Part shown: positions 26,761-36,486 of the stretch, piece by piece | Position numbering within the stretch: the stretch's first letter is position 1 | How the letters are laid out: each line of letters starts with the position of its first letter | Assembly (NCBI GenBank): GCA_947303625.1 | Contig: CAMYYV010000001.1 | Span: 10,507-74,506, forward strand | Source: an uncultured Bacteroidales bacterium | GTDB taxonomy: Bacteria > Bacteroidota > Bacteroidia > Bacteroidales > F082 | Length of the DNA: 64,000 bases | Direction: 5' to 3' | The notes under the pieces: generated by a model | The model's database searches: none | Told to the model about the DNA's origin: nothing | The model's input: the letters and a program-made list of their open reading frames with translations, nothing else | Program-made: the position numbers and the translations under genes

Positions 26761-29700
26761 ATGGAATTTGACGATATATTTCAATCCAATGCAGAAAATA
26801 AAAGCCAATCTGCGGAAGACCTTTGGGCAACTGGGGATAGCTCAAAGCAAGGCGGGAGCCAAACATACGACTTTCAATCCCAGGATTTTTTTGATTTGCT
26901 GAGCAAGGATAGCGGTCCAACGGAGACTGTTACTTTTGGTTTTGACGGGCTGATGGATTCGCCTAAAAAAGAGATGGCTATTGAGGATGCGCTTCAAGAA
27001 TCACATTTTGTCCCGACAGACGGTCTTGTGGCCTACTATCCCTTCGATGGCGACACCAACGATTATAGTGGCAATGGAAATCATGGAACCATCATTGGTG
27101 ATGTCGAGCCAGCGCCTGGCAGACATGGCAATCCCAATGGTGCCTACCGTTTCCCGGGTGAACCATTCAATTACATTTCTATTCGCGATGCCGAAGTCCT
27201 ACATCTGAGCTCTTTTACGCTTAGCGCTTGGGTTTTCTCGGATTCGGAAGACTATGGTTCGGGTCCTGTCGACCTTCCCGTATTAAGACCCATCATTAAC
27301 AAGGGAAGAGATATTGTTAATGGCTCCTACCGCTTGAATGTGAATGGCGTTGGTGCCCAAAACCTATACGGAGGGTCTAATGACGCTAGTGTCGACCACA
27401 TCCCCCAACTTGGTCAATGGCACATGGTTACAGGAACGGTAAAGGGGGATCAGGCTCGTTTATACATCGATGGCAAATTACAAGCAGAAACGATATTGTC
27501 GTTTCCTTTCAGCTATGGCAATTCAGATCCTTTGGCAATAGGAATGCACTATTATCCAGGGGTACCACCACAATGGGCCTATCCTTTTAAAGGGGTCATT
27601 GACGAAGTAAGGATTTACAATAGGGCTTTTTCACCGTCGGAAGTGAATTCGCTATATCATTATGATGAAAGAGGTGCAGGTGCCTCTATTGATCATTCTG
27701 CAGAAGAATCAAACGATGGCCTGGCGGAGCAGGAATTTGGTGAGTACGAGGTCGACTTCATGGATGAAACCAAGATCAAGGTAGTGATCAACCACAACCC
27801 ATCGGTGAATTTCGCCATGCAGCAGAACAGAGTGCCGTTGCTTAAGGAGATTCGGGTGAGAAACGTGTCGAATAGCTTGCTTTCCGATTTGGTGGTTGAG
27901 GTCACTGCTGATCCGGAGTTTGCCACAAGGTGGACCTGCGGCATCACGGAGCTCTCTTCGTTGGAAGAGGTGAGCATCACCGACATCCCATTGGCGGTGT
28001 CGGCCTCCTACTTGGCCCAGTTGACCGAGGGTGTGGCAGGCAATCTGCGCGTGCGCATCAGGATGGGCAAGGTGGGATTGTACGACCAAACCGTTCCCGT
28101 CGACCTGGATGCCTTCGACCAATGGAGAGGACTCTCGATGGAGCCTAAGGTGCTGGCGTCGTTTGTGCAGCCTAAGCATCCTGCCTTGCCGCCTATCTTG
28201 GTGAAAGCTTCAGAGATCTTGAAGAAATGGTCGGGTTCGCCTACCTTTGACGAATACCAGACCAGAGACCCCAACCGCGTCAAGATGCAGATGGCCTCGG
28301 TATTTGCAGCTTTGGCGGAACTGAAAGTGGTCAACGTGTCGCCAGCCGTCGACTATACTCGGTCGGGCGACAAGTTACGTTTCCCCGATGCCATCATCGA
28401 CACAAGGATGGCTTCTGATTTGGACATGGCCTTGCTCTATGCATCGCTTTTGGAGGCTATCGGTCTTCATGCGTTGATTGCCTTCTCCGAAGATGCCATT
28501 TTGGTGGGTAGTTGGCTCATTCCCGATTGTTTTGCAGATACGGCGGGCGACGATGTTTCGTTGCTGTCGAAGCGACTCTCCAAAGGCATAGAGGAACTGG
28601 CTTTCGTCAGTGTGAAGTGCCTGTTCTCGGGCAATGCGAAACCCTTCGATAAGGCTGGCGACGATGCGGCTGCCGTGCTATCGAATGTCGACAAGTTCTT
28701 GATGGTTATTGATATCTGTCGTGCCCGTATGTCGCATATTCGTCCCTTGCCTTTGCGCGTGATGGGAAGCAACGGCTACGAGATTGTTGTGGAAGAGGAT
28801 GACATGGATGCCGAAAAGCCTATGCAAGTGTCGGCGGGCAATCTTGTCTTGGACGATGGCACGACCGAAGTCACCAAGCAGACGATTTGGGAAAGAAGGT
28901 TGCTGGACTTGACCCTACGTAACAACCTGTTGAGTACCAGGATCAATAAAAAGACCTTGCAGATCGTGTCTGTCAAGGTGAATGAAATTGAGGATGCCCT
29001 TGCCGCCAATCAGGAGTTCAAGATCTTGGAATGCCCTGAGGAGCTGGAGCATCCCGTAGGGGTGGAAGGCATCTTCCAGACCCCGAATAATTCGGACACC
29101 GTCATCGACTTCTTGAGGGAGGAGCTGAAGCAAAACCGCTTGCATGCCTACTTGAAGAAGGACGATTTAGAGTCGGCACTGACGCATCTCTACCGTCAGT
29201 CGCGTCTGTCGATAGAGGAAAACGGTGCCAACACGTTATATCTCGCCATCGGATTGCTTCGGTGGTATGAGACCCCGATCAGCACCAAGCCGAGATTTGC
29301 CCCCATTTTACTTTTGCCTATTGAGATGGTGAGGAAGTCGGCGGCGAGAGGCTATGTCATCAGAGGACGCGGTGAGGAGACCATGCTCAACATCACTTTG
29401 CTCGAATTGCTGCGCCAGTCGTTTGGCATCACCATCAGCGGCCTCGATCCGCTGCCCACCGACCATTCGGGCGTGGATGTCGTCAAGGTGTTCAATACCT
29501 TCCGTAACGCCATCATGGAGCAAACAAGATGGGATGTCGAAGAACAGGCCATCATCGGGACTTTCTCTTTCAACAAGTTCTTGATGTGGAACGACATCCA
29601 CAACAATGTCGATGTGTTGCGACAGAACAAAATTGTCAACGGCTTAATTACAGGACAGGTGGATTGGGGCGACGACCTGCAGGGCGAGATGCCCGATCTG

Positions 29701-32700
29701 GACCAGACGTTCTCGGTGGGCGATTTGGCTCTGCCCATGCCTGCTGATTCGTCGCAAATCGAGGCCATCTCGGCGGCTTTGGGTGGCAAGAGCTTTGTCT
29801 TGCATGGCCCTCCGGGAACGGGAAAGTCGCAGACCATCACCAATATCATCGCCAATGGCCTGTATAAAGGAAAGAAAATCTTGTTTGTCGCCGAGAAGAT
29901 GGCGGCCCTGCAAGTGGTGCAGAAGCGTCTCGAGGCAATAGGGCTGGCGCCATTCTGCTTGGAGTTGCATTCCAACAAGGCCAAGAAGAGTGCGGTGATT
30001 GAACAGTTGAAGCGCACGGTGGAAACAACCAAGCAAAAGTCGAGTCAGCAGTTCCAAAAGGAAGCCTCGCAGCTGAATGCGTTACGAAGCGAGATCAACG
30101 ATTATGTGACTGCGTTGCACCGTCCTTATCCCATCGGACGCTCGCTCTACGACTGCTTCTCCGACTATAGCTCGGTGGCAGAGTTCACTTCAGCCGAGTT
30201 GCTGCCCTTCGATAGTGTCGGGTCGTTGACGGAGGAGGACCTGCTGAGATACAATGCCTGGCTTCAAGAGTATGTGTCCATTTGTGGCATCCTCGGAGAT
30301 GTCGCCAATGCCCCGCTTCGCGCTTGCAAAAACCCCAACTACCAACCTGCGCTCAAATCGGAGCTGCAAGATAAATTGACTGCTTTGAAAGAAGAAGCGG
30401 AGTCATGTCGAGCCAATTACGAAGCCTATTGCCATGCGGTGGGTTGGACATTCTCCGACCGTCTTGAATGGATGGCCTCTCTTCAGGATTTCGTCAGGTT
30501 GCATAACGACGGGACGTCTCTACCCGCAGTCTTAGGGTCGTCGGACTTTGATGCCGATGCCGATTGGGCCAGACGGTTGATTGTCGCTGGCAAAGCCAAG
30601 GATGAGGCACGTCATGTGGTATGTGAGCGATTGGGACAGCCTTTCCTGAATGCAGATGTGGCACAAATGCGGCAGGAATGGCAGGCGATAGAGGCCTTTA
30701 TTGCTGGCTATCCGATCGCCAAAACCATGAGCGGGAAGGTAAGCCTCTCGGAAGCCTTTACCCAAGTACCGCAATGCTATCAGCAGATGATGTTCCAGTA
30801 TTCGGTTGTGGCAGGATGGCTTGGCATGGAAAACGAGACACCTACGGCATCCCGATGCGAACAGATGATAAGGGTGTTCAATTCGTTGCTCGAGATGCGT
30901 CTGCTTATTCCGGATTTGTTCTCGGAAGGTAACAAGAGGCAGTGTTGGGCCGACTTGTCGGATATGATCAGCCATGTCGAGAAACGAAACCAGTATCGCG
31001 ACCAGTTGTTGAAACGGTTCAGGCCAACTGCGTTCGACTTGAATTACGTCGAGCTTCAGAACGAATGGGTTGAGGCGAACTCGAAGAGCTTTATCTCGAA
31101 GAAGCTTGGACAGAACAAAGTGCTTAAGAAGGTGAATGTCCATGCCTTGTCGGAGGTCACTGAAGAGGAAATGCCCGATGTGCTGGTGCTCTTCAGAGGC
31201 TATTGGGACGAAGTGGGTTGCGTCTACCATTATGCTGAATGGGCAAAGAAACTGATGGGCTATGAATGGAAGGAAGGCAGTTTCGACATCGCGTTGCTTA
31301 AAAAGACCATGGATATCCATACCACGATTCACGGCCAGCTGCTTTCGATGACCCAAGACGAGAGAAAGACCGCCTTGGCCGAGTCAACATTGGTGAGTTG
31401 CATCGGAAACGACATACAGAATTTCCATGCCATGAAGGACGTGGAGATTCATCGGTTTATCCGCATGTTTGAGGATTTCGTGGAAAAATACAAAGATTTC
31501 AACAGCCATGGCGTTCCTTCCTCGACAGTGCTCGCTACCATTGAGGAATACCAGAAAGCCGAGGCTTGGCTTGCCGAGCATCAGATGCAGGGAAGCAGGT
31601 TGTTTGGCAGTTTGTGGAACCCCGAGTCTTGTCAATGGAGCACATTGGAGCACGCCTTGTTGCAGACGAACTTGTTGCGCACCTGTGTCGCCAATCTGGA
31701 ACAAAATACAGAGAGACAGAACGCGGTAAGGATGAAGCTGGCCGCAGCCTATGTTAATGGCGGTGCCGACAACGCTGTGATGCAAAACACCGTCCCGAAC
31801 TATCAGGAAATGGTTTCGGCATTACAGGCGAAAGCCGCGGAATGCAACCGCTTGTTGTGTGGTGAGATGATCGTCTTGGATGATGACGCGTTCTTGTCGA
31901 AACTGGCTTCAAGTGCCGGCTTTGTGCTGCAGCATCTTGACGAGCTCAAGGACGCATGCAAATACAACGAAGTGGCGAATTCCGTTCCCGACAAGGCGCT
32001 TCAGGTGTTGGTCGACAAAGTGGAGAATGGCACCATCGACGGCATCCTCATCGGCTTATACTACAAGAAGTGCTTTGCCCGCACTTATGCCGAACACATT
32101 CTTTCGGTCGATCCTTTGCTGAGCAACTTCCATGGGAAGATGTTTGAGGAGAAGATCACCTATTACAAGCGCCTGTGCCAGAGGTTTGAGCGCTTGACTC
32201 GTGAGGAGTTGTATGCCAAGTTGGCTTCCAACATGCCCAACTTCCAGGTGGAGGCGGCGGGCAATTCCGAAGTGGGCATCTTGCAGCGCAACATCAGGAA
32301 TGGTGCGAGGGGCATGTCGCTGCGTTCGTTGTTCGACAAGATCCCCGACCTGCTCACCCGTATTTGTCCTTGCATGTTGATGAGCCCGATTTCGGTGGCA
32401 CAGTATATCGACGCCAGAGGTGCAAAGTTCGACTATGTCATCTTCGACGAGGCATCGCAGATGCCTACCTGCGAGGCCGTTGGCACTATCGCGAGGGGAA
32501 AGAACGTGATTGTTGTTGGTGACCCGAAACAATTGCCTCCGACATCGTTCTTCGAGGCGAACGCCTTCGACGAGGACAATGCCGACAAGGAAGACTTGGA
32601 GAGCATCCTCGACGACTGCCTGGCGCTTTCCATGCCTTCGAAATACCTGCTGTGGCACTACCGCAGCAAACACGAAAGCTTGATTGCATTCAGCAATATG

Positions 32701-34269
32701 AGGTATTACGGCAACAAACTGATGACGTTCCCATCGCCCGACGACCTGACCACGAAGGTCTCCTTCCAATATGTGGATGGCATTTACGACAAGGGTCGTA
32801 CGAGGCAGAACCGTGAAGAGGCCGTGGCCGTGGTCGAAGAGATCAGGCAGCGGCTGTCGGATCCGGTGAAGTCGCGTCAGAGCATCGGCGTGGTGACTTT
32901 CAACACCAACCAGCAGTCGTTGATCGAGGATCTGCTCAACAACCTTTTCCGTCAAGAGCCGAAACTGGAAAAGACAGCTTTGGAATGCGAGGAGCCTCTC
33001 TTCGTCAAGAATCTGGAGAATGTACAAGGCGACGAGCGTGACGTCATCCTCTTCTCGGTCGGTTATGGCGCTGACAAGATGGGCAGGGTGTCGATGAATT
33101 TCGGTCCTCTTAACCGCGATGGCGGTTGGCGCCGACTGAACGTCGCAGTCTCGCGTGCCCGTTATGAGATGAAGGTGTTTTCGACCCTTACCCCCGACCA
33201 AATCGACTTGAACCGCTCGTCGGCCCAAGGTGTGGCAGGGTTGAAGGCATTCTTGGAATATGCCCAGAACGGAAGGCTGTCGTTGGCCTACGAAACCGCC
33301 AACAGCAAACGCACCAACGACTATTTGGTGCTGTCGGTTGCGGAGGAGATTAGGATGAAAGGATATGAGGTAAGGACGAACATCGGCTCGTCGGGCTATC
33401 GTGTCGACATCGGTGTCGTTGACCCTCAAGATCGTGGTAAGTTTGTGTTGGGTATCCTTTGCGACGGCTACAACTATGCTACCGCCAAGTCGGCGCGCGA
33501 TAGGGAGATTACGAGAGGCATGGTGCTTAAGCTGTTAGGATGGCGTATCAGCCGCGTGTGGGCCATGGAGTGGTGGGAGAGCCACGATGGCGCGCTCCAG
33601 AAGCTGTTGAGCGATATCGAGAAAGCCATCGCCGGGAAATGGGATGAGGAGGCGGAAGAAGTCGTGCCGGAAGTGGAAGAAACCGAAGAAGAAGTGGTGG
33701 AGGAGATCGTCGACCCGAAGGCCGTGCCTTACGTGAAAGCCGAGCTGCAGGCTATGCCTCCTGTGACGCCCGACGAAGTCATCTCTGGAGGCTATGCCCA
33801 TACCATCCTGAAAATCTTTGATGACATCATCAGGGCCGAAGCACCGGTCAGCAAAAAGATGCTCCTCAGGAGGACCAATGCCACCTTGGGCATTACTAGG
33901 TCTGGACAACGGCTCGCGCCTTATTACGATGCCTTACTGAGAAGTCACGGTTATCCCAAGACCGTGTATGGCGACGACATCTTCTATTGGAACATCAATC
34001 AGGATCCACGACAGCTTGACGTCTATCGTCCCGAATCGGACCGTGAGGCTTTGGATATTGCCCCTGAGGAGGTGATGGTAGCCGCGTGTCAGGTGCTAGA
34101 CCAGCAGGGAGCCTTGCCTGTGCAAGACTTGTTGCGTCAGGTGGCCAAGCGATTCAGGTTCTCGCGTTTGGGCGACAATGTCGTTCTCTCCATGCGTCGC
34201 GGTCTTGAACTGGCGTGGAAGTCTGGCAAGGTGATTGTGGAAAACGAAAAAGTGAAGTTAGTGAGGTGA
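26761..34269 (+). CDS. Giant multidomain protein (Hhe-like): LamG (Laminin_G_3) - unassigned region - DUF4011 - SF1 (Upf1-like AAA_11/AAA_12) helicase - PD-(D/E)xK REase (MTES_1575/DUF559-like) - DUF3320
   Basis: 2502 aa. LamG: LVAYYPFDGDTNDYSGNGNHGT ... FKGVIDEVRIYNRAFSPSEVNSLY (about 27013-27660). DUF4011-like: WERRLLDLTLRNNLL ... NTLYLAIGLLRW (from about 28880). Walker A: LHGPPGTGKSQT (about 29806). Walker B: VIFDEASQM (about 32444). Also VVGDPKQLPPT, QGDERDVI and LNVAVSRAR. Nuclease: GYRVDIGV..LGILCDGYNYATAKSARDRE..GWRISRVW (about 33325-33590). Confidence 0.92.
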   Translation: MEFDDIFQSNAENKSQSAEDLWATGDSSKQGGSQTYDFQSQDFFDLLSKDSGPTETVTFGFDGLMDSPKKEMAIEDALQESHFVPTDGLVAYYPFDGDTNDYSGNGNHGTIIGDVEPAPGRHGNPNGAYRFPGEPFNYISIRDAEVLHLSSFTLSAWVFSDSEDYGSGPVDLPVLRPIINKGRDIVNGSYRLNVNGVGAQNLYGGSNDASVDHIPQLGQWHMVTGTVKGDQARLYIDGKLQAETILSFPFSYGNSDPLAIGMHYYPGVPPQWAYPFKGVIDEVRIYNRAFSPSEVNSLYHYDERGAGASIDHSAEESNDGLAEQEFGEYEVDFMDETKIKVVINHNPSVNFAMQQNRVPLLKEIRVRNVSNSLLSDLVVEVTADPEFATRWTCGITELSSLEEVSITDIPLAVSASYLAQLTEGVAGNLRVRIRMGKVGLYDQTVPVDLDAFDQWRGLSMEPKVLASFVQPKHPALPPILVKASEILKKWSGSPTFDEYQTRDPNRVKMQMASVFAALAELKVVNVSPAVDYTRSGDKLRFPDAIIDTRMASDLDMALLYASLLEAIGLHALIAFSEDAILVGSWLIPDCFADTAGDDVSLLSKRLSKGIEELAFVSVKCLFSGNAKPFDKAGDDAAAVLSNVDKFLMVIDICRARMSHIRPLPLRVMGSNGYEIVVEEDDMDAEKPMQVSAGNLVLDDGTTEVTKQTIWERRLLDLTLRNNLLSTRINKKTLQIVSVKVNEIEDALAANQEFKILECPEELEHPVGVEGIFQTPNNSDTVIDFLREELKQNRLHAYLKKDDLESALTHLYRQSRLSIEENGANTLYLAIGLLRWYETPISTKPRFAPILLLPIEMVRKSAARGYVIRGRGEETMLNITLLELLRQSFGITISGLDPLPTDHSGVDVVKVFNTFRNAIMEQTRWDVEEQAIIGTFSFNKFLMWNDIHNNVDVLRQNKIVNGLITGQVDWGDDLQGEMPDLDQTFSVGDLALPMPADSSQIEAISAALGGKSFVLHGPPGTGKSQTITNIIANGLYKGKKILFVAEKMAALQVVQKRLEAIGLAPFCLELHSNKAKKSAVIEQLKRTVETTKQKSSQQFQKEASQLNALRSEINDYVTALHRPYPIGRSLYDCFSDYSSVAEFTSAELLPFDSVGSLTEEDLLRYNAWLQEYVSICGILGDVANAPLRACKNPNYQPALKSELQDKLTALKEEAESCRANYEAYCHAVGWTFSDRLEWMASLQDFVRLHNDGTSLPAVLGSSDFDADADWARRLIVAGKAKDEARHVVCERLGQPFLNADVAQMRQEWQAIEAFIAGYPIAKTMSGKVSLSEAFTQVPQCYQQMMFQYSVVAGWLGMENETPTASRCEQMIRVFNSLLEMRLLIPDLFSEGNKRQCWADLSDMISHVEKRNQYRDQLLKRFRPTAFDLNYVELQNEWVEANSKSFISKKLGQNKVLKKVNVHALSEVTEEEMPDVLVLFRGYWDEVGCVYHYAEWAKKLMGYEWKEGSFDIALLKKTMDIHTTIHGQLLSMTQDERKTALAESTLVSCIGNDIQNFHAMKDVEIHRFIRMFEDFVEKYKDFNSHGVPSSTVLATIEEYQKAEAWLAEHQMQGSRLFGSLWNPESCQWSTLEHALLQTNLLRTCVANLEQNTERQNAVRMKLAAAYVNGGADNAVMQNTVPNYQEMVSALQAKAAECNRLLCGEMIVLDDDAFLSKLASSAGFVLQHLDELKDACKYNEVANSVPDKALQVLVDKVENGTIDGILIGLYYKKCFARTYAEHILSVDPLLSNFHGKMFEEKITYYKRLCQRFERLTREELYAKLASNMPNFQVEAAGNSEVGILQRNIRNGARGMSLRSLFDKIPDLLTRICPCMLMSPISVAQYIDARGAKFDYVIFDEASQMPTCEAVGTIARGKNVIVVGDPKQLPPTSFFEANAFDEDNADKEDLESILDDCLALSMPSKYLLWHYRSKHESLIAFSNMRYYGNKLMTFPSPDDLTTKVSFQYVDGIYDKGRTRQNREEAVAVVEEIRQRLSDPVKSRQSIGVVTFNTNQQSLIEDLLNNLFRQEPKLEKTALECEEPLFVKNLENVQGDERDVILFSVGYGADKMGRVSMNFGPLNRDGGWRRLNVAVSRARYEMKVFSTLTPDQIDLNRSSAQGVAGLKAFLEYAQNGRLSLAYETANSKRTNDYLVLSVAEEIRMKGYEVRTNIGSSGYRVDIGVVDPQDRGKFVLGILCDGYNYATAKSARDREITRGMVLKLLGWRISRVWAMEWWESHDGALQKLLSDIEKAIAGKWDEEAEEVVPEVEETEEEVVEEIVDPKAVPYVKAELQAMPPVTPDEVISGGYAHTILKIFDDIIRAEAPVSKKMLLRRTNATLGITRSGQRLAPYYDALLRSHGYPKTVYGDDIFYWNINQDPRQLDVYRPESDREALDIAPEEVMVAACQVLDQQGALPVQDLLRQVAKRFRFSRLGDNVVLSMRRGLELAWKSGKVIVENEKVKLVR

Positions 34270-34341
34270 AGAAATTGAGTTATCAAAATAATTAAGGAGT
34301 AACGAGATAGCATTTATGTTGTCTATAGTCAATGTTAACAA

Positions 34342-35271
34342 ATGGGAATTTTTCAAAATATTTCAACAAAACTAGGCAATCTGTTGTCGGGCGAACCGGC
34401 AAAAGAGCCTAACGTAGAAGAAGTCTCCTCCATCGAAACCGACGAGGTAGCGTTGGAGTCCAAAGAGACTGCCGAAGAGGAGCGTGTAGCACCCGAAGAG
34501 GAGAATGAGACAAAGAAGAAACTTCCCAATTCGGTTGAAATCCGTAATAGGATCAAGAAGTCTACGTTGTCGATGTTGAATTCTCTGTATCTGGCCAATC
34601 CTGAGCTATGCAAAACGAAGCATCTGGTAGTTTGGCTTGACACGGATACGATCACGTTCAACTCGTATTCAGGTTTTGGACAAGAGTTGGAGAACTATTG
34701 GGTCGTTGAGAGCGGCTATTCGTTTGAGAAGGTGGACCTGAGGCAAGGGAAGCCCGAAAACGAAAAAGACGCCAGAATGATCGATGCGGGTGTTGAATCC
34801 ATTGCCATCTACTTGCAAGAGCATAAGGCAGGCCTTGGCAGAAGCGTTGTGAAGAGAGCACGTGTTTCCGTTATCGGAAGCAAGGGGAGTCTCGTTCAAG
34901 ACCCGTGTGAATTGTCAAGCGAGATGCTTGAAAAGGAAGGCGTGAAGTGTTTCAACATTGGGCGCGGAGCGTTTCCTAACGTAGGGGAGGGGGGCTATCG
35001 GCAGAACAATATCGCTATTGACGACAAGAACAATCTTGAAACGAACCGTTACGTCAGTCGCGCACATGCGCATATTGGGTTTTCCGAAACTATTGGCTTC
35101 TATTTGCAGGTGGAGTATGGCGGCAGCAGACTGTCGGGAAACCGTACAAGGATATTCCGCGGCGAGGAAAAGATAGAAGTGGAGAATGTGGAGGTGAAGG
35201 AACCCCTGCAGAATGGCGACTTGATAGAATTGGGCAAGGCGGTGGTGCTGCAATTTATTGAGATAGAATAA
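34342..35271 (+). CDS. FHA-domain protein with an FhaA-like layout (MGIF N-terminus, acidic linker, C-terminal FHA)
   Basis: 309 aa. FHA signature FNIGRG...NNIAIDD...VSRAHAHI...GNRTRIFRG...LQNGDLIELGKAVVLQF. Confidence 0.85.
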   Translation: MGIFQNISTKLGNLLSGEPAKEPNVEEVSSIETDEVALESKETAEEERVAPEEENETKKKLPNSVEIRNRIKKSTLSMLNSLYLANPELCKTKHLVVWLDTDTITFNSYSGFGQELENYWVVESGYSFEKVDLRQGKPENEKDARMIDAGVESIAIYLQEHKAGLGRSVVKRARVSVIGSKGSLVQDPCELSSEMLEKEGVKCFNIGRGAFPNVGEGGYRQNNIAIDDKNNLETNRYVSRAHAHIGFSETIGFYLQVEYGGSRLSGNRTRIFRGEEKIEVENVEVKEPLQNGDLIELGKAVVLQFIEIE

Positions 35272-35321
35272 TATAATAAGTAGATGAGCAATTGGGTTTA
35301 CATAATCGACGCGAGACGAAG

Positions 35322-35437
35322 GACTATGACTTGTGACTATGACAATGACCACTTCCGCCAAGAGCTGAAATTTCAGCATTCCCATGAAAGCGGTCATGGT
35401 CAATGGTCATAGTCGAAAAAGTCCCGTGTCCCGTGTC
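35322..35437. repeat. Structured, low-complexity intergenic element
   Basis: The arms GACTATGAC..GACTATGACAATGACCAC and GGTCATGGTCAATGGTCATAGTC form a long imperfect hairpin around the perfect palindrome GCTGAAATTTCAGC (35364-35377). A direct repeat GTCCCGT GTCCCGT follows at 35421-35437. Confidence 0.7.
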
Positions 35438-35453
35438 AAAAGAAAAAGCAGTT

Positions 35454-35461
35454 TAATTTTG
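35454..35461 (+). promoter_or_regulatory. -7 box TAATTTTG (internal promoter candidate)
   Basis: TAnnTTTG match 22 nt upstream of the 35484 ATG. Confidence 0.4.
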
Positions 35462-35483
35462 AATAGTTACTTACTAAAATATT

Positions 35484-36476
35484 ATGGGTATATTAAAAAA
35501 AGCATTGGAGAAACTGCGTCCGGATACTGATAAAGGCAGCGGAAAAACGGATAGTGGCCAAGGTAGAAGCAAGGTTACAAACAAGATTCTCTATAATGAA
35601 CTTATTGAGCACTTTAAGGTCGATATGGAGGAGTTGTCGGTGGGTCGAAGAATCCTTTACCCCATGTCCTTCAACATTCTTTTGCACCCCAGCGATTACG
35701 ATCGTGTTGGCGAGTCGCTCCCTTTTATTCTCCCAGAGGTGGTTGCGGGATTCTATGCCGCCATCAAGGCAAAAAAGGCGAGCATGCAAGAATCAGATGC
35801 GACGCCGCCGGCAACCTACTGGTTTTTCCAATTCGCATCTAGCAAAGTGAAGACGGAAGATGATCAGGAGTCATTCATCAAGCCTGGTGAAATCGTCACG
35901 GTGGGCCGTCTTGTCACTTTCGACATAAAGGCGCAGAAAGGGATGAGAACGGAGAATTTGGGACTGTCGATCAAATGCCAAAACTCCAATGTCAACCAGA
36001 ACAATATCAATCAGGAGGCCTTGCTGGGCATGGAAATTCTCACCAACAACGCCTTTATGTTTAACTTTGACAAGAATATGAGCGAGAAGTTGGGCGACAT
36101 CCAATCCTCGCAACGAGGCGGCAACAACGCTTTGGCCACCTTGACCTATTCTGATGGGACGACGAATGTCCACTTGAAGATGTTGGACGACCTGGTGATT
36201 CTTTCAGGTCCTCAGGAAACCCGAAACATGGAGAACATCATGATCATCAATAGCGAAGCCGTTGAGGTCGGGCATGTGCAAATCCGATATGTCAAAGAGG
36301 CCAACAAATTCCAGCTCTGCGCCTATTCCAAGACGCGGCTTAACATGCGTGAGGTGCCGCTGAGCGTAGGCGGCGTCCCGATATGGAAGGACATGTCGTT
36401 TAATTCTGACATCTTCCTTAACGATGAGGTGAATGTGAAGTTCAAGGCTTCAGACAGTATTATTTCAAGACTCTAG
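35484..36476 (+). CDS. FhaA-like protein: DUF3662-like N-terminal domain plus a degenerate FHA-like C-terminus
   Basis: 330 aa. MGILKKALEKL..., RRILYPMSFNILLHPSDYDRVGESL and IKPGEIVTV parallel the mycobacterial FhaA N-domain pattern. The C-terminus (IMIINSEAVEVGHVQIRY...LNMREV...IFLNDEVNVKF) has FHA-like spacing but lacks the canonical S-x-x-H. Confidence 0.7.
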   Translation: MGILKKALEKLRPDTDKGSGKTDSGQGRSKVTNKILYNELIEHFKVDMEELSVGRRILYPMSFNILLHPSDYDRVGESLPFILPEVVAGFYAAIKAKKASMQESDATPPATYWFFQFASSKVKTEDDQESFIKPGEIVTVGRLVTFDIKAQKGMRTENLGLSIKCQNSNVNQNNINQEALLGMEILTNNAFMFNFDKNMSEKLGDIQSSQRGGNNALATLTYSDGTTNVHLKMLDDLVILSGPQETRNMENIMIINSEAVEVGHVQIRYVKEANKFQLCAYSKTRLNMREVPLSVGGVPIWKDMSFNSDIFLNDEVNVKFKASDSIISRL

Positions 36477-36486
36477 GAGACAAACC

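Noticed and set aside
32056-33429. 457-aa minus-strand ORF inside the helicase gene. Similar cases are 39755..40831 and 40862..42022 inside the SEDS-PBP gene, 23190..24260 inside the PP2C gene, 11038..11919 opposite pepE and 56645..57466 opposite the lipoprotein gene.
   Set aside because: All lie antisense to ORFs with unambiguous catalytic motifs. Their translations are Arg/His/Leu/Val-rich with no recognisable domains.
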